Shown here in pieces: positions 51,109 through 59,905 of a stretch of DNA of 64,000 bases (positions within the stretch are counted from its first letter, which is position 1; each line of letters opens with the position of its first letter). The stretch lies in the IMG/VR virus record IMGVR_UViG_3300025099_003636, positions 35,620 to 99,619 of that record; one strand, 5' to 3'. The notes beneath the pieces were generated by a model. That model made no database searches and was not told the origin of the DNA. It saw only the letters and a program-made list of their open reading frames with translations. A program made the position numbers and the translations under genes. Source of the DNA: a virus.

Positions 51109-51129
51109 AAAGGTCCCAAAAGGACCTTT
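51109..51129. terminator. Intrinsic terminator
   Basis: AAAGGTCC-CAAAA-GGACCTTT. Confidence 0.65.
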
Positions 51130-51152
51130 AAATATCAATAATATTTTATGTT

Positions 51153-51503
51153 TTATTTGTGTATGCCTAGTATGTGGTGAGATATATAATCTCTAACGGT
51201 ATTTAGGTTTTCAGCTGCTATCGTTATTTTAGATTCAACCCATTCAGGTAAATCCATGTCGTCTTGAATCATGTCTGAAACTTCTTTTGCGTCATTCATT
51301 AATTCCATAGAATCATGTTTTGCCATTCTACCTTCACCCTTATCTATTTTTAAACCTTTTTCATTTAGGTATTGTTCTACTTCTTCAACTTCACCTTTTT
51401 CAGTCATACTCATACCTACGTTATCTTCATTAATTTGTTGCATTCCATGTAAACCTCTAATCCTATTTTTTTCTTCTTCGTTTAATTTAAATCTATTTTT
51501 CAT
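51153..51503 (-). CDS. Class-D leader-bearing protein
   Basis: MKNRFKLNEEEKNRIRGLHGMQQINE|D; C-terminal LPEWVESKIT helix; TATTTATA 51517-51524. Confidence 0.65.
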   Translation of the reverse strand: MKNRFKLNEEEKNRIRGLHGMQQINEDNVGMSMTEKGEVEEVEQYLNEKGLKIDKGEGRMAKHDSMELMNDAKEVSDMIQDDMDLPEWVESKITIAAENLNTVRDYISHHILGIHK

Positions 51504-51533
51504 AATTTATTTTTTTTATAAATATCTATCACA

Positions 51534-52172
51534 TTAGATAAATTGAGCTGGGGTAAGGTTAAGTTCTGTTAGTTTTGAATCGGCAATGTCCTCCACTTCT
51601 ATATCCCCATGGTAATCACTATCCTCAGTTTGTCTATCCACTTCATGTGACCAAGGGTCATTTTTCGCTCTATCTTCCGCATCTTCTTTATTAGACCCAT
51701 AGATATCACACATAATAGTAGAATATTCAGTAACGGTTTCTGTAACTGCAACATCAACTTCATACATCTTACCAGGAACTAATTCAATATCACCTTCTGA
51801 AAACTTTCTATCACTACCCCCATTATGTAGGTAATTCACTACAATAGTATAAAGTAAAAAATGATTAAAGTTTCTAGGTACCAAACCAACAATCTTAAGT
51901 CCTTGTTCTATTCTACCAGCTAATACTGCCATTTCTTTTTGATTATCTGGGGAATTATTAAAAGGGTAACTTGTTGGGTGACCATACCTTTCATAGTAAT
52001 TTAATAAATCTCTACAACCCTGTTTACCACCCACAGTTGTCATGTAAGTAAAAAGTACTCTAAGTTTTTGTTTAAACTTATCAGTCGTTGCATCTAAAGC
52101 ATCACGACCAGATTGTGTTCTACCCATGTCGTCAGTTTGTTCTCTTAATATTTTTTCAATTAAGTCTTTCAT
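51534..52172 (-). CDS. Class-C leader-bearing protein
   Basis: MKDLIEKILRE|Q. Confidence 0.6.
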   Translation of the reverse strand: MKDLIEKILREQTDDMGRTQSGRDALDATTDKFKQKLRVLFTYMTTVGGKQGCRDLLNYYERYGHPTSYPFNNSPDNQKEMAVLAGRIEQGLKIVGLVPRNFNHFLLYTIVVNYLHNGGSDRKFSEGDIELVPGKMYEVDVAVTETVTEYSTIMCDIYGSNKEDAEDRAKNDPWSHEVDRQTEDSDYHGDIEVEDIADSKLTELNLTPAQFI

Positions 52173-52473
52173 TAATATTATTGTTTTCGAAATCTTGTAA
52201 TTCTGGTAGTTCTACACCAAACTCTTTCCACTCATTATTGTTATTTAACTGAGTCTCTAACTCCTTATAAAGTTCCTCCTCTGTTTTCTTCTGACCATCT
52301 AATCCCTTAGACATCATTATTTCACCAGTTTCAACACTTATAACCTTTACGTCTAATCTACACGTACCATAAAAACAAAATCTACTTCCTTCTACTATAT
52401 ACTTCTTTCCTTGTTCATTAAGAACCCCCATTAACTCTTTCGCTCTAAGTATTTCTTCGTTTAAGATATCCAT
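52156..52473 (-). CDS. Class-B leader-bearing protein
   Basis: MDILNEEILRAKELMGVLNE|Q; TATTTATA 52478-52485. Confidence 0.65.
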   Translation of the reverse strand: MDILNEEILRAKELMGVLNEQGKKYIVEGSRFCFYGTCRLDVKVISVETGEIMMSKGLDGQKKTEEELYKELETQLNNNNEWKEFGVELPELQDFENNNINERLN

Positions 52474-52681
52474 ATGTTATAAATATAAGTGACAGTATAA
52501 AACGGGTGGTATAAAAGGGACGGGTCCCGGTTCCGCCGGTCCGACGAAGTCGGGTTCGGGTTCCGCCGGGGTGCAGGTGGCCGCTTTACTCTCCGTCTAA
52601 GCGCTCTATAACCCAAAAGATAAACTTAAAGACTAAATAGATTAATAGGGTTATGGAAAGAAACATTGTAATTGCCATAGG

Positions 52682-52957
52682 TTAAGCGGTCTCACAGTTA
52701 TAACTAGATTCAATCCATCGATTCCAACCCTCACGACCATACTTTTCGGTCATATCAAACTCCTTCCACATTAGGTAACTAAAGATGGTTTCGTTAACGG
52801 TAACAATATAATAGTCAATCCCATCAACATTATCCTCCATCACACCAATAATAGTTTTAGCTCTAGGGACTTCATGTTCCTCACTCCATTCATCAGTATC
52901 CCAAATTAATGCATTATAGTAATCTTCGTTGTTAAATATTATATCCATTGTTTTCAT
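52682..52957 (-). CDS. Acidic hypothetical protein
   Basis: Likely ATG 52957 just after TATTTAT (52962-52968). Confidence 0.5.
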   Translation of the reverse strand: MKTMDIIFNNEDYYNALIWDTDEWSEEHEVPRAKTIIGVMEDNVDGIDYYIVTVNETIFSYLMWKEFDMTEKYGREGWNRWIESSYNCETA

Positions 52958-53123
52958 AGTAATAAATATAGTAAAAAAAAGCACACTATAAAATTATGAA
53001 CCGATTAAATTCCCTAATCGGGTCACCTTCGGTGGGTTGGAGGTATTGTCCCCGGAATCCCTTATATCCTACTTCCAGGGGGTATTAATATTATAAAGTG
53101 CAAAAAAAAGAATATAATAAACC

Positions 53124-53606
53124 CTATAGTTTTTCCCACTTACCATTATTCAATAATTTAAAAGTTCCTATATATACTCTATCCCATTGACTAGGTTCAA
53201 TTAAACTTAAGAATAAATCCTTGTTTTCGTTCTCGTATAAGTGATATGGTTCTCCCAAAATAGGCTGAAAATTATAGGTAGATTTATACACTAAACTTGT
53301 CCAGTTATATTCATTAACTAACCTTTTATATTCATCCTTTAATTCATTCAATCTAGACTGGAAATATTTGTCCGCTTTTATGGAGTCTGATTTATCTACG
53401 TTTATAGGTTCAAACTTTTGTGAACCCACTGTCGTGGGATACTGTTTTAACTTAGCGTCAAACTCACCTGACTCTTCATCATAAACTATATTATCTGGAT
53501 ATTTCTTTTTCATTTTATCTTTATACTCATACCATGATGGATTAGGTAATTCTGAATAGTGGTCCCACAATTCTTTTTCTACTATTTCTGATTCCTTATC
53601 ACTCAT
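53124..53606 (-). CDS. DUF2452-like protein
   Basis: YPTTVG..KF.P, FQPILGEPYHLYE, FLSLIEP..W, YIGTFKL. Confidence 0.65.
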   Translation of the reverse strand: MSDKESEIVEKELWDHYSELPNPSWYEYKDKMKKKYPDNIVYDEESGEFDAKLKQYPTTVGSQKFEPINVDKSDSIKADKYFQSRLNELKDEYKRLVNEYNWTSLVYKSTYNFQPILGEPYHLYENENKDLFLSLIEPSQWDRVYIGTFKLLNNGKWEKL

Positions 53607-53714
53607 ATATAATTATACTATTTTTATACTGTAAAGAATAGCTCAATTTCTGTAAAATTTTTCCTAAAATTTTTTTAGAGGGTATAGCAGCTAAATTAAA
53701 AAATCGCTTATATT

Positions 53715-53895
53715 TGGGGGAAGGCTCTGACCCCCTTATTGCCGCCGCTCAATACCCATATGTAAGGGGGGATACGGATAGGGGGGGAGCCCCCCAGAAA
53801 TAGGGGGCTAAAGTGGGGGGTATATATACGGGGGCTATATTGGTATTATATGTATACTTCCCTCCCTCCCCTGTAGGGATATTATATATAGGGGT
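53715..53895 (+). other. G-run cluster (G-quadruplex-capable), non-coding
   Basis: G5-G7 runs at about 53716, 53766, 53781, 53803, 53815 and 53830. Confidence 0.6.
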
Positions 53896-54026
53896 ACGCA
53901 TTATTTTTATATTATTATTGGTCCATGTTTTTAGAATGATTCTAAATAAGGATTGGGACTGGATAGTGTGGAATCTTTTTATTATATTTATTTGGCCACT
54001 ACATATTAATTCCTTATCTTTGTAGT

Positions 54027-54473
54027 ATGAAAAGAATTCCTAAAGACATCCGTAAATATTGTAGAGACCAAAGGTTCGTTTACACTTATAGAAATAACTA
54101 CGAAGAGATTACCATAAACTTCCGTATAACTAACATCGCTGGTGAGTACAATGACAAGAACCCACTTAAGACAAGTAATTGGGAAGACATCAACATAAAC
54201 ATTGTGGTTGATGGTACTGCTAGTAGAATATCAAATGGTTGTATTACTAATACCAGAACTCTTACAGAGTATTTTGATTGGGAGTTAAGATGGAACCCAA
54301 GAAGTCCAAGAACAAAAATTCGTCGTATGATTGGTGGTGGTGCATTTAACTCTTACACTTATGGTTACGGAACAAGTCAGGAAGATAAAGGTCAATTTGA
54401 TTTATTCCTTAAATGTATGAATCTATATAACCACAGAATAAAACTTAAAACAATAAAGTTTGGTAAAGTATAA
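54027..54473 (+). CDS. Hypothetical protein under host-type promoter
   Basis: 148 aa; TTTGG..TATCTTTGTAGT directly before ATG; hairpin terminator at ~54505-54540. Confidence 0.6.
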   Translation: MKRIPKDIRKYCRDQRFVYTYRNNYEEITINFRITNIAGEYNDKNPLKTSNWEDININIVVDGTASRISNGCITNTRTLTEYFDWELRWNPRSPRTKIRRMIGGGAFNSYTYGYGTSQEDKGQFDLFLKCMNLYNHRIKLKTIKFGKV

Positions 54474-55543
54474 CTATCCGAGGCCTTGAGCCCTTTATAA
54501 TAAATCCCCTCTACAGTAATTTTGTAGGGGGTTTTCTTTTATCTGGGGTCTTATTTAGAATTAGACTTGATAAGCGTTTTGTTCTTACTAGTATAAGACC
54601 CACCCTCCCACAACCTAAAGGTACAACATTTCTTGGACATGGCCAAATTATTAGGGTGACTTTGTGTCATTGTTGATAAGTGGTACATTAAACCCCCATT
54701 ATGGTACATGGTATTCCCCGGTTATAATCCCGTCTGACAATGTGTCAGGGGTAATTTTGTTAATAACTTTAGGTCGATTTACTTGATTATGTCAGTATGT
54801 CAGTCAGGGTTGAGGGAAGGGTCAGAGACTTTGGAGGCTTTTGAAGGGTAAGTTTAGTTAGAATTTAAAGGACAAAAAGTGAAAAACACCGTACAGAACG
54901 CCCCTATCCAGGATTTTAGTAGGTGTAATAGAGTGGTAATTAGTGGATAAAAGTGGTAAATACACTACGATAGATAGGGTAGTTAAGGGAACAGGTTAAT
55001 TTTAAGGTATGTATAGGACATTTAAATCCTTCTCAGTATACCATATATTCGTTTTAAAAGACTATCTTTTTTAAAACATATACAGAGTCGGGGGTACATG
55101 ACTAAACCCTTCAATGGACACCGTATGGTGTCATTATTTTATGGGTTTATATAGCATATTTTTATATGACATATAGACAGTCAGCGAGTGGTCCATTAAA
55201 TCTGGGACCATATACCTTAATGACGGTATAAAATACTCTTATAGTATAGTATTTTTATAGCATAACCCCTTGCAGGGGTTAAAGTTATAAATCTTTATAT
55301 ATGAGTTATGGATTAAAGGTAATATAATTAGACATATATTAGGTGTGTATACACTTATTTACTATAGTCTTTTACTTACCTTTTACTATGTCATTAACGT
55401 GGTCCCTTATAATGGAAATTTTAGGGGTTATATTATGTGGAAATCTGAATGTTTAAGTGACTGGAACGTAGTGGAGGGAACGATTATCCCTGAACGTGAG
55501 TGAGGGGGAATAAACATGAAGGTTTACAGATGATATAACCTTA
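54474..55543. promoter_or_regulatory. ~1.07-kb non-coding region rich in palindromes and operator-like motifs
   Basis: No ORF of 60 aa or more; CTGACA-N3-TGTCAG, AGTGG x3 at 10-bp period, TGTT(G/A)ATAA boxes, several inverted repeats. Confidence 0.55.
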
Positions 55544-55786
55544 TTATATAGTACTTAATAAATCCTCTAATTCTATAATGTCTTGAGTCCCTTTGTTATA
55601 TCTTTCAGTATAAACTCTTTTATCTATATATTGTTCATTAAGTTTGATGTTAAGTATGTCTTTGATTTTGTTATACTTGTCTTTTACATCTTTAGTACCC
55701 CACGTGATATGTGCCTCAGTTAAATCTAAACAACTCTTTAGGTATTTTATGTTATTGTCGATGATTGTGATAAGGTCTGTGTTCAT
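55544..55786 (-). CDS. Hypothetical protein
   Basis: 80 aa; promoter-like TATCTTTA upstream. Confidence 0.5.
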   Translation of the reverse strand: MNTDLITIIDNNIKYLKSCLDLTEAHITWGTKDVKDKYNKIKDILNIKLNEQYIDKRVYTERYNKGTQDIIELEDLLSTI

Positions 55787-55858
55787 ATTATTTCGTTTTA
55801 TAGGGTTAGTATTTCTCTTTATTTGTACTATAAAGATACGAAATTTTTGTGACCTGGC

Positions 55859-56407
55859 CTAATTTTTATTGAATAAGTCTCTGTATATATTACTTATAGT
55901 GTTATATTCCACGGCGTATTCATGGAACTCTATGTCATTGTTAACCATAAGTTCTTTTAGTTCTTTATCTACTCTCTTTGACTCTTCTAAGTCTTGGAAT
56001 CTTCCATCTTTTTGGAAACCGGCATCGTTCCGATGCAATAGTATATTGATATTGTCGTACTTCTTAAATAGGTCTATAACAAAGGTGTCGAAACTATCCC
56101 CGTATAGATTCTCTGGATAACCGTCACCGTACCTTCCCTTATATACCAGACCGAAAAGAATCGGGCTATCTATAATGATGTATTCTACCTGTCCGTATAG
56201 TCTTGAAATGTTCCTATGTTGATTGGCAGTGATGTATAACTGGTCTCTGATTGCACTATGATTCTTTTCCCATGCGATGACCTTCGGAAACTCTGATGTT
56301 AGTTCTACGGACATATTATTACGTTTCATCATGGCATATAGACCGGCGGCTTGGGTTGATTTTCCTATACCTGGTCCTCCGAATAAGTTTATAATTTTTG
56401 TTTTCAT
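55859..56407 (-). CDS. P-loop NTPase/kinase (NadR/AAA_28-like)
   Basis: IINLFGGPGIGKST, IIIDSP, GRFQ..ES; likely start 56407. Confidence 0.75.
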   Translation of the reverse strand: MKTKIINLFGGPGIGKSTQAAGLYAMMKRNNMSVELTSEFPKVIAWEKNHSAIRDQLYITANQHRNISRLYGQVEYIIIDSPILFGLVYKGRYGDGYPENLYGDSFDTFVIDLFKKYDNINILLHRNDAGFQKDGRFQDLEESKRVDKELKELMVNNDIEFHEYAVEYNTISNIYRDLFNKN

Positions 56408-56889
56408 TAACAACAGGTTGCGGCCCCTTGTGCATTAGGGTCTGGTTTGACACAACAACTTGGTTTACTTGGTTTTGGTGTTTCTATACCACATTTGTCT
56501 GGGGCTAGACAATTTGTTTTGGTGGATTTCAATGTATAGATTAGTGGTGATTCTTGTGCTTCTAGTGTGTAGTTACCTATTGTACTTGTTTGGTATTCTA
56601 TTTCTATCTCTAGGTCGACGGCACCTATAATCTTTTCACCCCTTTCTATTATGTCTAATATTTTTCCTGAAGTGATTCTATGGTCAAAATCGTCTGCTGT
56701 CCATACTTGGAATGTTACCCATTGTTGGGTTCTTAGTTCTCCACCACAATCCACGAAATGTTTTATTTTTATACCCATTTCAGTTATGTGGTAATAAGGG
56801 GGGATTAGTGTTCCGTTTTCTAATTTAAATAAGACTGTACCTATAGGTGTAGCACTTTTTAAATTATTTTTAAATTCTTGTAATTTCAT
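56407..56889 (-). CDS. DUF6428-like protein with Cys-rich tail
   Basis: YHITEMG..FVDCGG..R...FQVWTADD.DHR; CLAPDKCG..CC..CC. Confidence 0.65.
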   Translation of the reverse strand: MKLQEFKNNLKSATPIGTVLFKLENGTLIPPYYHITEMGIKIKHFVDCGGELRTQQWVTFQVWTADDFDHRITSGKILDIIERGEKIIGAVDLEIEIEYQTSTIGNYTLEAQESPLIYTLKSTKTNCLAPDKCGIETPKPSKPSCCVKPDPNAQGAATCC

Positions 56890-57058
56890 TTTGTAATAAT
56901 ATCGTTTTTAGTTAACATCCATTGACATTGATGTGTTCTGTGCCCTCTTTCTTTTAATATGTTTTCTACCTCTTCTTTTTTTGTATTTTCTAATACATTA
57001 TAAACATATGTAATATTTTTATCAAAATCTAATACTATTAATTTCATATCTTACTTTT

Positions 57059-57445
57059 TTATTCCCATATTGTATCACCGTTACCACCTACCCACATTAC
57101 ATGTTCATCACTATATTGTGGTAATAATATACTATCTACCACTTTTTCTATTTTAATTAGGCTATCTAAATGTTTTTCCAAACTATCTAAATTATTGTTT
57201 AGTGTGTCTAACTCTAAATAAAAACTAGGCGGTAGGTAGTTTGATATATGGTTTGCTGGTCTAGGGTCGTTTTTTATCCCTTCACTTACTTTTTTATTGA
57301 ATTCTGAACATCCTGGAACATAAGTTATTAATAAAATAACTATGGTAGTTAAAGTAATCCCTACCCAACCTATAAATGCTCCGGTAGCTGCATCACCATA
57401 TTTTCTACTATCTTTCATATTAAAATAATCTTTTAACTTCTTCAT
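57059..57445 (-). CDS. Membrane-anchored hypothetical protein
   Basis: One TM helix then LDS-repeat coil. Confidence 0.55.
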   Translation of the reverse strand: MKKLKDYFNMKDSRKYGDAATGAFIGWVGITLTTIVILLITYVPGCSEFNKKVSEGIKNDPRPANHISNYLPPSFYLELDTLNNNLDSLEKHLDSLIKIEKVVDSILLPQYSDEHVMWVGGNGDTIWE

Positions 57446-57632
57446 CTATTAATGATAATTGATTTTTTAATTGATTTATTTTATTCTGGTTTTGTACACT
57501 ATATTCTCTACTATTGAGGTCTTTTAAAGTTTCTTCTAAAGGTAGTTTAGGTACGTTATTTATTTCTCTTTCCACAATTTTATATTGTTCTAATAACCAG
57601 TTATATCTTTCCCCTTTTTGTGCTTGATTCAT
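57420..57632 (-). CDS. Small coiled-coil hypothetical protein
   Basis: 70-aa ORF in operon. Confidence 0.55.
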   Translation of the reverse strand: MNQAQKGERYNWLLEQYKIVEREINNVPKLPLEETLKDLNSREYSVQNQNKINQLKNQLSLIDEEVKRLF

Positions 57633-57683
57633 AATTTTATTTTTTATTAATAATAATATAATAACTTTTTATGTAAAAGTATA

Positions 57684-58319
57684 CTATTTTTTACTTTTTG
57701 GTTTGGTGTGTTTTGTTCTCCAACTACCCAACGCAAATGGTTCATGGAGTACAATAGTATCTTCTGTAATTTTATTGTCTAAAAAATACTTATAGTTGAA
57801 TAGGGCTACATCTGTATCTACTATTTCAATCATTTTATCACTCATCATTTTTCCACCACATGCCCAATTTATGTCTTGATAAACACTTAATAGTTCTTGG
57901 ATTACTCTGGAGTTTCTGGTGGTTCCTTGTATTCCACATTCTATTGTTGCTCCTTTATTTATATATCTTCTAACTGCAGCAAAATAAGTTATATTGTTAT
58001 GTAGTTTGTTTAACACAACATCAAAATCTTTTACTATTTTACAATCAGCATCTAAATAAATCCCACCGTAATCTCTTAATAATAGTAATCTAAATCTATC
58101 ACTTATATAAGCGTATTTAAATTTTTCTGGGTCCTTAGAATAACTTTTTATGAATTTATCTTCTTTGTACTTTTCCCATAATTCATTACCCCAGAACTTA
58201 TATATATAACCTAAATTTTCATGTTTATTTTTTATTTCCTTCATGAAATCATAACAAAACTCAGGTATAGGTTTAGGACCTATCCATATTTGGTGTATTA
58301 ATTTAGGTATTTCTGTCAT
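57684..58319 (-). CDS. GT32 (DxD) glycosyltransferase
   Basis: IPKLIHQIWIG, SDRFRL..L..YGGIYLDAD, H....GSW. Confidence 0.85.
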   Translation of the reverse strand: MTEIPKLIHQIWIGPKPIPEFCYDFMKEIKNKHENLGYIYKFWGNELWEKYKEDKFIKSYSKDPEKFKYAYISDRFRLLLLRDYGGIYLDADCKIVKDFDVVLNKLHNNITYFAAVRRYINKGATIECGIQGTTRNSRVIQELLSVYQDINWACGGKMMSDKMIEIVDTDVALFNYKYFLDNKITEDTIVLHEPFALGSWRTKHTKPKSKK

Positions 58320-59698
58320 TTATCCTCTAATTCGATGTCACAAAGTCTAAGTAGGTGAGCTTGGTCCCAAGTGTTGTTGATGTGAAAATTGTAGGTGTAT
58401 AGATGTGGAGCATCAATTAGAGTGTAACTATTTTTTTTAATGAAATAATTTCTAACTGGTGTATCTTCCCCTCTTTTTAGATGTTGATATTTTGGCATCG
58501 ATTCTCTTAAGGCTATCATAGTACCTTCTACACCACCCCAATTACGGGATAAGTATTTTTTATTTGTATTTTTATCTATTATTATCACCTTTCTTAAAAA
58601 ACAACTTTCTTTCTGTGATTCTATTAAAGTATCATACATAAAACTCATCCTTTCTTTATGATGAATATCGTCATCATCCCATTGTAAAATATATTTACCT
58701 TTAGCATTTTCTACACTCAGATTCCTTAAGTGTCCTAGTGTTGGGTATTTTCTACCGCTCACTATAATTAATTTTATTTGTTTTTTACCTTTATCTCTTA
58801 CTCCAACTAAATTTCTAAGTTCTAATAAATTAGGGTTGTGTTTTTCTGTTACAATAACTAACTCTTTATTGATGTACGTTTGATTTAAAAAATTATCTAT
58901 AGAGTTAGTTACTGTTTCTATGTCATTTTGAGATACACATAAACAAGATATTAGGGGGTATGGTTTTTTATATACTTTTTTAGATTGGAATAGGGTCCAG
59001 TAATCATTTACTGTAGTATATCCTTGGTATTTTACTTTTATTACTTTGGTATTCTCCTCTGTTTTAACGTGTGTTATGTCTTTGCCATTTTCGACTATAT
59101 CTAATAACCTAAACTTTATTCCGTTATGTTCTTGGGCACCTACACTAAAGTCTCTAAATATAGTACGGTTAATTGTGTTATTTAATGCTATAGCTAAACA
59201 TCTTGGTCCACTAACACTTAAGATATCTATCCTTTTTATGCCTGAATCTGGGTACAAATTATTTAATACATTATAAACAACTAAATCAATTGCTTTTTTT
59301 AATATTGGGTTATTTTCTTCAGTTGCAATAAAAGAATTGTATATTAGTCCTTGATTCCCTATTGACCTATCTTTAACCAACACTAATTTATCATCTTTAT
59401 TTATAAAGTTATCTATTGGGGTCATACATATATTATCCACGTCACTATACACCCCACCGTTTATATATAAAAAACAATACCTAAATAGGTCTGCTTTAAA
59501 AGCTCCTGGTATTAAACAGTCAAAAGCTTTTATAACATCACTATTAAAGTTTTCTTTTATGAATTCCCTACATTTTATATCATCAAAAAATATATGTTTG
59601 TAGTCTTTATTTAAGGCCCTCCAAGATTCTACAGCACTAGCGATTTGAGTTGGTAGATTAGTGGTGTTATATGTTTGTACTATAATTTTTGGTATCAT
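58316..59698 (-). CDS. GT32-GT2 fusion glycosyltransferase
   Basis: N: IPKII.Q, KADLFRYCFLY..GGVYSDVD, SGP; C: PLISCL, QTY..KELVIV, LRN, QWDDDD, GED. Confidence 0.85.
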   Translation of the reverse strand: MIPKIIVQTYNTTNLPTQIASAVESWRALNKDYKHIFFDDIKCREFIKENFNSDVIKAFDCLIPGAFKADLFRYCFLYINGGVYSDVDNICMTPIDNFINKDDKLVLVKDRSIGNQGLIYNSFIATEENNPILKKAIDLVVYNVLNNLYPDSGIKRIDILSVSGPRCLAIALNNTINRTIFRDFSVGAQEHNGIKFRLLDIVENGKDITHVKTEENTKVIKVKYQGYTTVNDYWTLFQSKKVYKKPYPLISCLCVSQNDIETVTNSIDNFLNQTYINKELVIVTEKHNPNLLELRNLVGVRDKGKKQIKLIIVSGRKYPTLGHLRNLSVENAKGKYILQWDDDDIHHKERMSFMYDTLIESQKESCFLRKVIIIDKNTNKKYLSRNWGGVEGTMIALRESMPKYQHLKRGEDTPVRNYFIKKNSYTLIDAPHLYTYNFHINNTWDQAHLLRLCDIELEDK

Positions 59699-59704
59699 AT
59701 ATTT

Positions 59705-59905
59705 TTATACTAATTCTTCTATTATCCCTATAATCTCTGATATTATTAATAGGACTGCTGCAGAAGCTATGTCTATTGGTAAAAATATATACCCCACTAT
59801 TCTAATTCCTGATTTTAAAAAGCTAATTTGTTGATGTTTCTTTGCATCTGGATATTTCATAGATTTTATTTTTTTAATTTTTTTATACGTCTCTTTCATT
59901 TTCAT
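59705..59905 (-). CDS. Small membrane protein
   Basis: PDAKKH..ISF.KSGIRI.GY..., hydrophobic C-terminus. Confidence 0.55.
   Translation of the reverse strand: MKMKETYKKIKKIKSMKYPDAKKHQQISFLKSGIRIVGYIFLPIDIASAAVLLIISEIIGIIEELV

Noticed and set aside
14277-51129. Similar AAAAGG(A/T)CC-stem hairpins as a mobile repeat family
   Set aside because: Short, located at gene ends with A/T tails; ordinary intrinsic terminators explain them
53813-54025. 70-aa hydrophobic ORF
   Set aside because: Starts inside the G-run cluster and runs through a palindrome and the promoter of 54027; probably non-coding
55258-55272. TAGCATAACCCCTTG, identical to the start of the T7 phi terminator used in vectors
   Set aside because: Match ends after 15 nt and the sequence forms its own local palindrome; no other vector sequence seen, so treated as coincidence
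52486-55543. Possible CRISPR array in the non-coding region
   Set aside because: No 23-47-nt repeat recurring with regular spacers and no cas genes in the window
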